This document shows positions 10,164 through 27,125 of a stretch of DNA of 64,000 bases, piece by piece. Positions within the stretch are counted from its first letter, which is position 1, and the number at the start of each line of letters is the position of its first letter. Source of the DNA: the human T2T-CHM13v2.0 reference genome, Homo sapiens. The notes under the pieces are model-generated. The model was not told the DNA's origin and made no database searches. It saw only the letters and a program-made list of their open reading frames with translations. The stretch is from NCBI RefSeq assembly GCF_009914755.1, contig NC_060940.1; one strand, written 5' to 3'. Both the position numbers and the translations under genes were made by a program.

Positions 10164-13100
10164 TAGACTTTACTTTTTTAGAACAGTTTGAGATTTACAG
10201 AAAGGTTGAGAAGATAGCACAGAGAGCTGGAAACTGTTTTTAGCTTCATTATTCTTTGTAACACTCCCAGCTTGCAAACTGGAAAGGAATTTTCCTGTTA
10301 GGGTTTTACTTTTGCTAAATGGTAGAAAACTTCATACCTGTGGTCTCTGTCTGCTGAACTGAGTTAGTGATTTAGCTCAGGCAGATTGAAGTAGTCAAGA
10401 GGTTATTTGCTACACACCATGGGTGGTTTATTGTCCAGATTAGTGGCAAGGCTGTGACATTGACTGACAAATGTCCACCACCAAGCGGAAGCCTGAGTGA
10501 TGGAATCGTTTGATTGCTACTGAAACATCATCTTTACCAGGGACTGCAAGTCTGCGGCTGGTAGAAATTGGTCGTTTTTGTATTGTGGCCTTCATTCTGG
10601 TCCACTTTGTGTGGGGGTCAAGATTTTTGGTTCCAGTGACAGAAACCCAGCTAGAATTGCCTTAAGCCTCAAATGGATTGAATAGCTCATGTCACTGAAT
10701 GGTCTGTCCCCGCTAAACCATGGCTGAATCCAGGTGTTTGGAGCCGTCAGAAATCGGCCTTTTTCCACCTTTCAGCTCTACCTTTTTCCTGTTGGTGTCA
10801 TTTTCAGGCAGGCTGCAGGCTTACATCATATCAGCTTAGCATTCCTGAGGAAAAAGAGAGCTTCTTTTCTCAATATTGCCAGCAGAAGTCCAGAATTGAG
10901 ATTGAGTATCCCTGGACCAGCAAGGTCTCATGCCACCCCTGAACTGTCACTCTGGCCAAAGGTATAGGGGGATCTGATTGGCCATTCCTCACTCATATTC
11001 CCTTCCCTGGAGCAAGAGTGGGATTAGCTCCACTCAAGCTAGTGGAAAAGAATGAGAGAAAAGGGTGGTTCCCCATGGGAGAATCAGGGGTTATTGCCCA
11101 AAGAAGGCGGAGAATGGATCCATGGCAGGTAGACAGACGCACACCTACTCTTGGTGCTTTCAAGTTTTGGCTAAGGTGGCACTGACAGTGTTAGAGCTTG
11201 GGGTACAATATTGCCATGTTGATTTTCTTAAAATATCGTCTTCACCATGCCACATATTATGGGTCCTAGGCTCCCACTATGTCACGTCTAAGTTCTTCCA
11301 GGCCTTCCCACCATCTAGTTTGGGAGCACAGGGAGTTAGGAACATCCTTGTTAGGCAGACGCTGTTTAAATGGAGACCAACGGGGTGAGTCGTTGTTACC
11401 AGGCAGCGGGGTGTCAGGTGGAAGGAAGGATGTTTCAGGCAGAGGAAAAGGCATTTGAGAAAGCCTAGTGGGGCAAGGGGAGCAGTGCACATTGGCAGAA
11501 CTCACGTGGTTCAGCAGGGGAGTGTTCACTGGGTGAAGAGGAAGTGAGGACCCAAGCTCAGAGCCATGCTTGGCAGAGTCTCCAGAGGCCAGGTCCCCTG
11601 GGGCCCTGTAAATCACTTTAAGGAATTCAGACTATGAGTGAGAACAGTAGGGAGCCACTGAAGGTTTTTTAACTACAGAAAGGCTGTGGTCTGGCTGAAG
11701 CTGGCAGAATGGATTGGATGAGGGGCAGACTGGAGGTGGGCCTCCACATGTGTTGGTGGGGCGGGGAGCAGGGGCTCTGCTGCCGTCCCCTGGTGAGTTA
11801 CGGTAGCAGCTGCTGTCATCCAGGTGTATCTCCTGTTGGTGGTCCACTCACACACATACCTCGCCTGCCCACTTGAGGTCCCCTGCTCTTTTCCTCCTGC
11901 CCATCCAAATCCCTAGCTCTATCCCGAAAATGCCAGTTCTTCCCTAAAAATTGCCCTGGTGACTTCAGCCAACAAGAGTTTTGCTGTCTTCTCTAACTTC
12001 TTCTGTGCCTGTTCACACTGTCCCACACAGTTAACACATTATTATATACTTCTCATCGCCAAAGAGTGGGTCGGCTGTTAGCTCCTGTGCGTTCTTAAAG
12101 TTTCATCTCGGCCTTGAGTTAGACCCTCAGGAAGCTGGCCGGGGTTCCTGTCCTTTGGCTATCAGACATTGTCTTCCTTTGTTACATATCTTTTTTGTTG
12201 TTTTCTCCCAATTTGAACATAAGAATCATGAAAGCCTGTATGGCTTGTTCAGCTGGGTACTGGTATGCCAGCACAGGACGTGGCAGATAGTAAGCAATCA
12301 ACAAATATTTGTCACAGGATGAACGAGAGGCAGACCTCTGTTTTCAGAAAAGGCCAGTCTTTTCCCAACAACTGCTTGTTCTCCCCAGTTTAGTCACAGC
12401 ACCTGTGCCACAGCCATGACTTTCTCTAGGGCTAAAGCCCTAAAGAAAGCTAGGGTATAGCCCTGCCTATACCCTACACATCCCCGGCCCAGCCTCACTT
12501 GCCGGCCCTGTTTGACATCTTTGGGGGATGATTCACCAGGGGAAGCACAGCCTGTGAACACCTTCTCTAATCCTCTAGCCTGATTCCACCCTCCGTGAAG
12601 CTTCTCCTTGTCCTGCTGGCCAGAAGGCTGAACACTGACCAGATGGTGGTTTTCAGGGCACAGAGTGGGACACACTGGGGAACGTCTGCAGGGCCTCTGC
12701 CCGAGTGCTGAACAGGCCAGACAGATACAGGCTCTGTGTCTCCCATCCCTCTACCACACCTGAGACATTGTTATTTGGAGCTGTGTGGACATTGGGGGGT
12801 AAATTTCTAACCCCCAGACCTCCTATCATTCTGCTTATCCTTTCTCATGCCCCACCTTGCAAATGTACATTTCAAAATCTTGAAGGAGGAGCATCCTAAT
12901 AAGCTCATTATGGTGCAAGGCATAGCACGTGCAGAAAATGCTGTCACTGAAATGAACTTGGACCTAGTATTCCTGTCTCTGAAATGGACTGAATTGCTAA
13001 TTTTTGAAGGATATGGGGCATTATTAACTGTAGTGGTTTAACCTGTGAAATTAGTGACTCTTGAGAAAGCAGAGGCTATTGAGGCCAGATTTGTTTACGT

Positions 13101-13913
13101 CTGTCATCCTTGGTGATGCACCTCGAGTGTGTTGGTTACAGTTTCTCTTCTCCAGGCATTTCAAACTCTGAAGCTCATCTGTCGGTGGAGAGTTAGCTAA
13201 CAGGCAAAGCTCGGATATTGAGACTGCATCTGCAGAGCTCCTGCTGGGGATATGAGAATACTGGCTCTTTTCCAGACAAATGGGAGTTAGAGCCTTTTAT
13301 AAGGACTTTCCATAAGATCTGATAGTATTTTCATGCCTTTTTGGTTTATCTATTTGGTGTTTTTTTAATTTATTTTTTGTGTGTTAGGCATTCATAACCT
13401 CATGTAAATTCTTGGCCAATAAAATTGTTGCTTACTTCATTGTTTGCATTTCTGTAGTCCTAGAAGGGTTGTAATCATGGGGTCTGGAGTTCAGTCTGCC
13501 TGGTTGTAACCTAGGCACCTCCTGTGCTGCACCAGGGCCCTGGGCAGATGCCTCAGCTCCCAGAGCATCATCCCCAAAGGGTCGATTGTTTCTGGGATTA
13601 AACGAAGCACTCAGACAGAGACTGGCAGTAATAGGAAGCTTCATCTGTTTTACTGAGGTACATACATAGTTTGAGAAAACACGTTGTCATTCTAACAGTG
13701 GTTATCATTGTAAGAGAAACATTTTAATTTGCTGCCGTTAAGTAGCAAGGTAATTATTCTGTCCTTTGAAACTTTTCTGAGATAAAGACACAGCTTTCCA
13801 TACAAAGATGGTCATAGCAACATTGTTATCACTCACACAATTAGGAATCTTAATGCCCTTCAAAAGAGTTGCTACTGTGCTTGTCCTTTCAGTGTCATAC
13901 TGTGTAGCCATTA

Positions 13914-14528
<615 letters not shown>

Positions 14529-14739
14529 CTAATCTTCCAAAGCCCTGGAATTAGATACACCATTAAAACATTAAATCTTAATCCATTCAGCCTTTCCCCC
14601 CATTACATTCAAGCAAATGTATATTGAGCATCTCTTCCTAAAACACTGTGTAAAACGGTGTGCCAGGGCATTGTGGGACAGAAAGACGAGCAAGGTGAAG
14701 GTGTAACCCTCATTGAGCTTTGGAGCTTGCAGTCTACTG

Positions 14740-16030
<1,291 letters not shown>

Positions 16031-18765
16031 GGCACCCGGTTTCACTACTGGAAGAAAGCCCCCACGCAATATCACTGCATACCCAGCAGATGGCGCCACC
16101 GACCAGGGCAAAGAACACCAAGTATTGAGAGGCCAAGAAACAAATGGAGTTCTCAGACCTTTCTTCCTGGCCACAGGTCTGTGGGCGAGCTACTGAACGT
16201 CGCCAAACCTCACTTGCTGTCTTGTCCTGTGCAGTGGCAACAGTGTGCACATCTTCAGGTTACTGTGAGTCTGTAGGTCACATGAAGCCCTCGCAGAGAA
16301 CCAGGCACGTGGGGGCTCCTAGAATCTTTTTTTCAGGACTTACCGCCCTGCCCTCTCTGCCTATAAGGGCCTTCTGGTAGTTACTAGGTCTTTTTCCCCC
16401 AGAAATTATTTAATAAGGGCAACAATAACAATAGCTAGCACTTGTATCATACATAGTAACTGCCAAGTTAGTTATCTGTTATCTCCCAACACCACCAAAA
16501 TAGGTAGATACTAAAGTATTCAGGTACCATTGCTGTTTACATTTTACTGGTGAGACAACTGAGGTGCACAGAGGGAAAGTAACCTGCTCAGGATCACCCA
16601 GCTAATAAGTGATGGAGGTGTGCTCAGACCCAGGCATTCCAGTGTCTGTGATTAACCCTATGTTCTAATTATACCAGTGTTTGTAATTAACCATATACTC
16701 TAGTGCCTCTCAGGAAATACCAGACTTTCTCTACTTCCTGCTCTGGTTTCGCTGAACCTTCCCATCACGACTCCTGCCCTGAAGCCCTCTTTCCCTGTTT
16801 GAATCTAGCCTGATCTCTTTTCTACCTTCCTGGAATATTCCTTAGATAATGTAGTAATAATGTGAATAACGGCCCCCACCACAATGACCATAATCTAATC
16901 ACCATGGCAGCCAAGCCTGCTTCTGTTGAGCCCTTGCTCTGTGCCAGGCGCTGTGCTTGGCTCTTTCTGTGCATGGTCACGTTGCCTCTCTGGAACAACC
17001 CAGTGAGGAAGCCTTGACTGTTCCCACCACTGTGTAGAATCTGAGCTGCAGAGAGGTGAAGCGCCTTGTCCAAGGCCACAGTTAGGAGGTGGCAGGGCCA
17101 AAGGTCAAGCCCAAGTCTGTCTGCCAGACTCCGAAGCCTGACCTCTTCACCAGAGCTCTGTGCTGTCACTTGCCGTGTCTGGCGTTTGGATCCCTGGCTA
17201 TGTTCAGTCGTGTATGCTTTGATCTAAGTTATGTTTACAAAGACCATCCCCTGCCCCATTCAGCATTTATTGAACACCTGCTGTGTATCAGACATTTGGA
17301 GTGTATTGGGGTCAGCAAGATCAATAAGGTGATGGTGCTGACCTTGAGGAGCTCAGGTCTAGTATGGGAGGCAGATCTTTGCAAATGAGGGTGGGCTGTG
17401 CAGTAGCAAATATGTGTGGGTACAGAGGTGCCAGTGAGGAGGGAACAATTAAATCCACCTGGGAGGGGGGCATGGGGAACGCTTTACCAAGAGATGCCCG
17501 AGCTGGGTTTTGAAATGTAAAAGTTTGCTGGATGACAAGGACAGCAAGGGCATTCTAAGCAGAAAGCCCCATCAATTGAAGTCATGTGGTCCTAAAGAAT
17601 TTAAAATTTCTTCTTCTTGTTGGGGATCTTCAGAGCAGACCCACCCACCTAAGCCACCGTCTCCCATTGACCAGGAGTATGATGTGTGATGCTAATAGAT
17701 GTACACAGAAGAGAGGAGGGAGAATCTGCCCTTCTCCCATATTGCCAACGATGTCTTGTCACTGGCAGGGTGTCAGGCACATGGGGGCCTGCGTGGAGAG
17801 TGTCACTGATGGCCACAGCTGGAGTGGTGCGGTGACTGTCAGACTTCAGTGGGATTGGGGCCCTGCACCAAAAGTCCAATTCAATGGGTCTGGGACAACT
17901 TACAAAGGTGATTCTGATGCAGGATGCCTGGGAACTGCAGTTTGGAAAACTCTGCCGTTTGAAACTCTTGGGGAAGATGCACTTGAGGCAAGATGAAGAT
18001 GTAGATTTGGGAGTGGGTCCTCCAATGATTCATCCCAGGGTGGTTCAAGTGCTGTTTGAGTTACCTAATTATAGAGGGAAACTGGGCCCATGCCCCCTCC
18101 CGCAGCCTTTTGGTAGATTTGGGTACAAGTGGTTGAGGATTTGTGTTTTTTGAGGGCTCTTCTAATTACTGCATATTAAAAATTACATGCAATTTCTAAT
18201 AAATTAATTAAATGCTTGATTATACTAGGTCTTTAAAGCATAACAAACAGTATTCGTAAATAAACCCTAGCCCCTTTAAATAGCAGATTGTTCTTTATTG
18301 TTTCATCTTCAGGCTGCTTCCTCTTTATGTCTTACCCGTTTTTAGAGATTGTAGATGGGACAATCCTATCTAGACGTTTCCTTCCTTGCTCTCACCAGAC
18401 CCCCAGCCCTGAAAACTGAAGTTAGCCATAAAAGAAATCAGGAGAGGAGGGCCCTTTTCCTGAGTCACTTCCTCTTGGTGTCTGCTTTTCCTTCTCAAGC
18501 CTGAGCTCCCTTGACAGGTGAAGTTACCTGGGGCTGTGGGCCCTGGAGAAGCCATCTTAAAAGCCGTGCCCGGTGGCACTCCCAGGGCATCCAGCTAGGC
18601 TTCTGGTCCCCGCGCTGCTCAGGACTGGCCTCGGTGATTCTTTTGGTCTCCCCCACCAGCAAAGAGGCCTTGAGGACTGGAAGGTGTCTACCTGTCTCAG
18701 CTCCAGCACCTGGCATTCAGGCCTGTTTGGGTAGATGAAGTACAGCACCATAGCCTCTGCAGCCC

Positions 18766-19084
<319 letters not shown>

Positions 19085-19753
19085 TGAATTTAACAATCTG
19101 TTCTCAGCAAATAAGACCATTGCCCTTGGGCTGCAAACCACCCAGATCATTTGAGCCATAAGTTCTGATGGGCTCACTGCACTTGAGAAGGATTGTGAGC
19201 ATTCCAAGGGGAATTGCATGTGATTTTTGTCCCAGCAACTGCTGTGGGACCCAGCCTTCCTAAGCTGTGGCTCCATCTCTCTAAACCTCAACATTAGCCT
19301 GGCTGCAGGCCCCGTGTTAGGCATCCAGCCTGAGCTGTATGTCCCCACTTGCTCTGAAGGCATCAACATGATGGGAAGCATATGAAACAGGTGGCTACTT
19401 GCTCTTCTCTCAGTCCTGCTGAATCTGAATTTCCGAGGGGGCTCCAGGAGCCCCCACTTGATTCAGTTCTCCGGGTGGTTCTCTTGCACACTGCAGTTTG
19501 AGAGTAGTTGACTTCAAGGGTTTGACGATTTTCTTGTCTCCGTCTGGGTTGGTGTGTCCTTGGTTTAACCCTTCAAAGCATTGTCTGCTATTTTTCTGGG
19601 GTTGTGAGTTACATCTAATCTGAATGGGAAATTGCATTACCCAAACCTGAAAAAGCATTGCTGCATTGTCTCCAAAATATTGCTAATGGTCATGGAACTT
19701 GGCTTGCATTTCAGTTGGTAACCTTTAATTTCCTTTTCTCTCATTTCTCTCAG

Positions 19754-19882
19754 GTATCTGTACCACGTTTTGACCAAAAACACCACAGTCACAGAACAGA
19801 ACCGGAACCTGCTAGTGGAGACCATCCGTTCCATCACTGAGATCCTGATCTGGGGAGATCAAAATGACAGCTCTGTATTTGA
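19754..19882 (+). CDS. CLEC16A: CLEC16A exon 2 (129 nt; YLYHVLTKNTTVTEQNRNLLVETIRSITEILIWGDQNDSSVFD)
   Basis: Polypyrimidine tract + CAG acceptor; GA|GTAAGG donor; phase 2-2 continues exon 1. Confidence 0.96.
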
Positions 19883-20421
19883 GTAAGGGTTTCTAATGAT
19901 TGCTGTTCTTTGATTATTCTTCTTTGAATGTTTTTCTAAATGTATACTATGAGTCATTCTGGATGATGTCAGGATTTGACGCTAATTTGATCTTGCCTAG
20001 ATATCTATCTCTGTCTAGCTGTAAAAAAAAAAAAAAAATGCCCTTGAAGCACTATAGAAATGCAAGCCAAAAATGGGGAAGTTATGGAAATGAGTGTCTC
20101 TAGAAAACCTGAAAATGTCATGGGTAATTTTCCTTCAGGTTGTGTCTGATTATTTTCCCAAAGGAAGGAGAACATGTCTGGTGGTTAGATTTGACATGAA
20201 CAGAAGGCCTGTGCCCTGGGGGAGTCCCTGAGGGCTCCCAGTTACCATGTTTACTGATGACCAGGCACAGGGCTGAGCTCCTGATGAGATGGTCCACCTA
20301 AGTTTCCCACCCACCCCATGGTAGAGGCCCTGTTGGTGTCCCCTTTTTTGCTCAAGGTCACATAGCTGGTAAGCGGTGGAAAAGTGACACACCCAGAATC
20401 AGTGAGGGGTCCCGCAACTCA

Positions 20422-20908
<487 letters not shown>

Positions 20909-20984
20909 CTACCTCCCTAATAGATCTGCCTTGATGTCTTAGTGCAGAAGGATTTGGGGCTGGGTTATGACAACCACTAAACAC

Positions 20985-20986
<2 letters not shown>

Positions 20987-21024
<38 letters not shown>
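20987..21024. repeat. (GT)19 microsatellite
   Basis: Read directly. Confidence 0.97.
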
Positions 21025-21025
<1 letters not shown>

Positions 21026-21273
21026 TGTATTATAAATACTGAGGCCACTTTTAAAACTCATTTTTGAAAAGTAAAAGTGTTCTATTTTTAACCTGGTTTC
21101 TTATTAGATATCCGAATAAGAAGGATATTACCTTTTCATGGATTCAGACAGAATTAGGCAGCACTGAGCAAGTTCCTGAATATAGGTTCAGGGTAGCTTT
21201 ATATTTTCATCAGCAAGGTTATCCAATAAAGCTACTTGTGGAAATGCAGACTCTTTAAAATGCAAACCTGTAA

Positions 21274-21884
<611 letters not shown>

Positions 21885-22019
21885 TAGAACGGACGTGTCA
21901 TTCTAGGTCCCAAGATGACACCCTGTCCATCTGTCATCTTAGAAAAGCTGCTGAGCTCTTAGGGTCTCCATGATTCTTAAACAGTTATCCAACAAAGTCC
22001 CTAAGAAAATTTTGTTTTT

Positions 22020-22960
22020 ACTACATTTTAAAATTTTGGAATAATTTTAGATTTATAAAATAGTTTCGAAGATAGTATAGAATGTTCCCATTGTAAGTGT
22101 CTTACATTACTGGGGTGAATTGGGCAAAACTAAGAAACTGACATTGGTACAGTATTGTTGAGTCAACTTCAGCCCTCATTTGGATTTTGCCAGTTTTTCA
22201 TTAATATCTCCTTTCTGTCCTAGCATCCCATCCATGTTCCCATAGTACATTTTGTTGTCGTATATCCCCAGCCTCTGATCTGTGACTCTTTTTTAGTCTT
22301 CCATTGTTTTTGCCACCCTGAAAGTTTTGAGAAATGCTAGCCAGGTCTCCTGTGGAATGTCTCCCAATCTGGGTTTGTCTCATGTTTTTCTCATGATTAA
22401 ACTGGCAGTTAAGGGGAAGAAAGCTATAGGAGTAAAGTTCCCCTCTCTTGCCATCATCACAAGGCATTCACAATATCCACATGACATCCTGGTGATGTTA
22501 CCTTTATCACCTGGTTAAGGTGCTGTCTGCCAGGTTTCTCTACTATAAAGCTACTGTCTTCTCCTTTCCCCACACTGTTCTTTAGAAGAGAGTCACCAAG
22601 TCTACCCCACGTTTTCATGATGAGGGGGTGGGGGTTAAGGTCTACCTTCTAGAAGGGGGCAGTATCTACATGTATTATTTGAAATTCTTCTGCATGGAAG
22701 ATTCATCTCTTCTCTCTCATTTATGCAGTCATTTGCTTATATTAATATGGACTCGTGGATATTTATTTATACTTTGGGCTATAATTCAGTATGTTGTTAT
22801 TTTATTGCTCAAGTTGTTTCAGCCTTGGCTATTAGGAGCTCTTTCAGGCTGGTTCTTGTATCCCCTCGATATGCTCTCTTCCTTTTGTTTTTTGAGCACT
22901 TCTTACTTCCTGGTACTGTAAAATGCTCCAGTCCTACAATCACCCTTTTTTCCCAATGAA
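22020..22960 (-). mobile_element. Ancient L1M (L1MC-like) 3' fragment
   Basis: ggaataattttagatttata, aactaagaaactgacattggtacagta, tattttattgctcaagttgtttcagccttggctatt. Confidence 0.65.
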
Positions 22961-23922
22961 TTGCCCACTCCCCTATGGAGTTTTAAAAAATCTAGGTTCA
23001 TGGATTTTATGCTAGACCTACCCTGTCAATCCCCGGGGCAAGATCTAGGTACAGGCATTTTAACAAGTTCCCAAGTTGGTCACAGTGCGGCAGTGAGTTT
23101 GCTGGTGGCCCTTAGGAGTCACTGATTTATGCAGCTTGAACTGAAGGTAGACAAAAATAGGCCAAATGACAGAAATACTCTGGAGGTCAACATGAATGGC
23201 ATTTACAGGCAGATGGGCCTCCGAGTTGGAGAAGATTGTAAGGGTCTTTTTTAGGCCATTTAAATTTTTTCATTTATCCGTTCATGGATTCAGACAGAAT
23301 CAGGCAGCACTGAGTAAGTTCCAGGCCCATGACCTCACCACTGTGGAGATGCCAGACGAGGACAGAGAGGCACCCACAACTGAGTCAGCCCGCAGGCACA
23401 CCTCATTTCTTCCAAGTGTCCCAGATGCAAGATTATCTGGTGTTAGCTTGAGTACAGAGAACACATAACTAGAAACGTCATTCTCTTCCTTTAGAGAAAG
23501 GCACTGGATGGTCTGTTTCCTTTTCAAGACTGAAAGAGCCAACGTGTACCCCCAGAAGCCAGTGCCGCTAGGCTGTGTACAGACAAGTATCCTATCCACA
23601 AGGAGAAAGGCAGAAACAGACCTGGGGATGGGTTAGTAGGGTTTCTCCACCACATCAGTACCTGTGTATTTCTTTCTAGTTATTTTCCCCTAGAACTTGA
23701 CAATTTGGGAGCCACAGTACATTTGGTTGTCATATCTCCCCAGCCTCCTCTGTTCCGTGACTCTTTTTTAGTCTTCTGTTGTTTTTACGACCCTGAAAGT
23801 TTTGAGAAATGCTGGCCAGGTCTTCTGTGGAATGTCCCCCAAAATGGGTTTGTCTCACTTTTCTCATGATTAAACTGGCAGTTAAGGGGAAGAAAACCGT
23901 AGGGCTAAAGCTTTTTGGGAAC

Positions 23923-24217
23923 TTTTTTTTCTTTTTTTTCTTTTTTTTTTTTTGGCTCTGTCACCCAGGCTGGAGTGCAGTGGCCTGATCATATCTCACT
24001 GCAGCCTTGAACTCCTGGGCTCAAGCGGTCCTCCCACCTTAGCCTCCTGAGTAGCTGGCACTTCAGGCATGCACCACCGCCTAATTTTTTTTTTCTTCTC
24101 TGTAGAGGTAGGGGTCTTGTTATTTTGCCCAGGCTGGGTCTTGAACTGGCCTCAAGCGATCATCCTGCCTCAGCCTCCCAAAGTACTGGGATTGCAGGCA
24201 TGAGCCACTGTGCCCAG
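23923..24217 (-). mobile_element. AluJ
   Basis: Antisense Alu, ctcctgggctcaagc J-type pattern. Confidence 0.88.
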
Positions 24218-24425
24218 ATCTAAAACTCATTTAATACTCATAATTATATCTTATTCCTTTGCTGGGAATTCCAGTTGTGGCGGGTGACAATGGGTGGCAT
24301 GACCTGTGCAGATACCTTGGGGGAGAGGGGTGAATCTAATACTTGTGTTGTGAATGAAACCAGATAATAATTTCTGTTTCCACATGTGGAAGCAAGCCAC
24401 TGATGCTTTTCCATTCTCTCCCCAG

Positions 24426-24559
24426 CTTCTTCCTGGAGAAGAATATGTTTGTTTTCTTCTTGAACATCTTGCGGCAAAAGTCGGGCCGTTACGTGTGCGT
24501 TCAGCTGCTGCAGACCTTGAACATCCTCTTTGAGAACATCAGTCACGAGACCTCACTTT
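24426..24559 (+). CDS. CLEC16A: CLEC16A exon 3 (134 nt; FFLEKNMFVFFLNILRQKSGRYVCVQLLQTLNILFENISHETSL)
   Basis: ttccattctctccccag acceptor; T|GTAAGG donor; frame consistent; FPL-domain region. Confidence 0.96.
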
Positions 24560-24644
24560 GTAAGGACATTCCTTGGTATTTGCCTCTGTGCTGCTGTGCA
24601 TGTAGCAGGGTGAAGTTGGGCGTGGTTTTCTGTGTCTGCGCTTA

Positions 24645-25350
24645 CTATTCGTCGGCTCAGGCTATCCTAACAAAATACCATAGACTGAGTGGGTTAAACA
24701 ATAGAGATTTGTTTTCTCACTGTTCTGGAGCATTGAAGTCCAAGATTGGCCAGGCATGGTATCTCATCCCTGTAACCCCAGCACTTAGGAGGCCAAGGTG
24801 GGCAGATCACTTGAGCTCAGGAGTTTGAGAACAGCCTGGACAACAAGGTGAAACCCCGTCTCTACAAAAAACCACAAAAATTAGCTGGGTGTGGTGGTGT
24901 GCACATGTAGTCCCAGCTACTCAGGAGGCTGAGGCAGGAAGATTGTTTGTCAAGGAAGTCGAGGTTGCAGTGAGCCGTGATTGTGCCACTGCACTCCAGC
25001 CTGGGTGACAGAGCAAGACCTTGTCTCCAACAACAACAAAAAAAAAAGTTCAAGATCAAGTTGCCAGCAGGGTTGGTTTCTAGTGAGGGCTCTCTTCCTG
25101 GCTTGCAGACGGCCACCCTCTTGCTGTGCATGGCCTTTCATCTGTGTGTGAGTGGAGAGAAATTGAGAGAGTGCTAGCTGGTGTCTCTTCCTCCTTCTAT
25201 GGGGACGCCAGTCCTATTGGATGAGAACCCCCACCCTTATGACCTCATTAACCTTAATTACCTCGCCAAAGGCCCTGTCTTCAAATACAGCCACAATGGG
25301 GGTTAGAGCTTCAATGTAGGAACCTGAGGGAGACATAGTTCAGTCCCTAA
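24645..25350 (-). mobile_element. MaLR LTR (MLT1A/B-like) split by a plus-strand Alu (about 24748-25047)
   Basis: taacaaaataccatagactg...gttctggag...aagtccaagat [Alu] aagttcaagatcaag...gtgagggctctcttcctggcttgcagacgg. Confidence 0.8.
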
Positions 25351-26709
25351 GCCTGTGTTTGTTTCTGTGTGGTGGGTACTATCAGAGGGTTCCCCTCTGC
25401 TGATGATGCTGGGGGTGTTTGCAGTTCTTCTTTATGACTTGCTATTAAAGAGTTGGGGTCGCTGAATCATCAGCCAATGGAATAAGCACTGGAAGAAGTA
25501 AGACAAGGAAGATCTCTGCCAGAGGGCAGGCAAGGGTGTGTGCATTGGTACCAACCCTCCTGCTTCAGTCCCTCCACCCAGCTAGTGAGTGTGTGACTCC
25601 GAACTTCTTACCTGCCCTCACTAAGCCTCAGTTTCGTCATCCGTAATAACCACCCCTGAGAGGCAGGTGCCATCAGTGCTTTCATTTTAACACCCAGGCG
25701 CCAGCTCTAGCAAAGCCAGAATAGAGAAGGGGTTTCATCCCAGGCGATTAGCTCAGTGGTCTTCAGTGAGGGGACATTTGGCATCATCTAAAAACATTCT
25801 TGGGGGTGCTGCTGACATCTAGTGGGTAGAGGGTAGGGGTGCTGCTAAGGACAGGCCCCCCACAACAGGGAATTACCCAGCCCAAATTGTCCCCAGTGCC
25901 GAGGCTGAGAAACCCTGGTTTGGTTCCTAATCCTCCACGCTAGACTGCTAGCTTTGTTATTCCAAGGTGACTTCACCAAGCCCGGGCCCTGCCCGCCAGA
26001 AGTGGGGGACAAGTGGCCAAATGTCTATATCAGAGGCAGGCTCTAAGTCCCCAGGACAGGTCTGAAAAAAGTCTGCAGTGGGCAGAAAGAGGTAGAGATG
26101 GTGGCATTCCTCTGGCCAAGAGGGAGAGGTGAAAGGGCTGCTGAGTGATGGCTCTCGCAGCCGCCGCTAGGTGGTGCTGCTGCCTCAGAGACGCCTTATG
26201 CTTCCCGGTGACCGCAAGTTGACAAATGTGGGCCGACTCCTGTCTCCCTAAATGGTTTCCCTTGTTACCAGCGCCTGTTTCACTGGATGTGAAATGACTG
26301 CGGTTTCTAAAAGCTCTGAGGGGAAGATCCAGCTCAGTGGCACAGGCCCTTGACTCAGACTGAACCAGGTCCCAGGCCCAGTTCTGCCCCACACTGGCTC
26401 CCTGCACGTGCCTGGACAGTGAAGGCTCCGAGCTGCTGTTTGTGCATCTGTCAAGAGGAGAGCACAGTGGCTGCAGCATAGAGTGGCTGGGCGTGAGCGT
26501 GAGAGCAGGTGTTCAGAGCGAGGCACAGGGTCTGGCAGATAGGACATGGCCATGGTGTCGGTTTTATCCTTTAAGGCAACATCACCCTCAGTGTCCCTGC
26601 CCTGGGAAGCCTCTCAAAGTCCAGCTAGGCACGGGGTGACTGGATTGAGATGGGGGTGGGGCGATCAAAACTTACGGCTTTTAGAGTGTTTCTCTGAATT
26701 ATGTGGCTT

Positions 26710-27125
26710 TTAAAAATTGTATATATTTAATGTGTACAACTTGATTTAATATATACATATACACAAAAAAATGTGTACATTGTGAAATAATCACGGCAAT
26801 CAAGTGAATTAACATATCCATCACCTCACTTTTGTGCGTGTGTGTGGGTGGGGGTTGTGTGTGCACCTTGGGTGATGAAAATATGCAGTAGATCTGTTAG
26901 CAGATTTCAAGTCTGTAACACAGTAGGATGACCTGTAGTCACTGTGCTGTACATGAGAGCTCCGGAACTTACTCATCGTGCGTCGTACCCTTTGATCAGC
27001 GTCTCCCCATTTCCCTCCTCCCCAGTCCCTGGTAACCACCCTTTGACTCTCTGCTTCTATGAATTTGACTGTCTTAGATTCTCCCTGTAATTGAGATCAT
27101 GCAGTATGCGTGGCTTTTCTTGTCC
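26710..27125 (-). mobile_element. L1MA-type 3' UTR fragment
   Basis: cattgtgaaataatcacggcaatcaag...ccctggtaaccacc...tgagatcatgcagtat. Confidence 0.75.

Noticed and set aside
19751-19760. CAG|GTATCT at the exon 2 start as a recursive splice site or U12 donor
   Set aside because: Poor match to GTRAG and to the U12 GTATCCTT consensus; explained by the codons for K-Y-L
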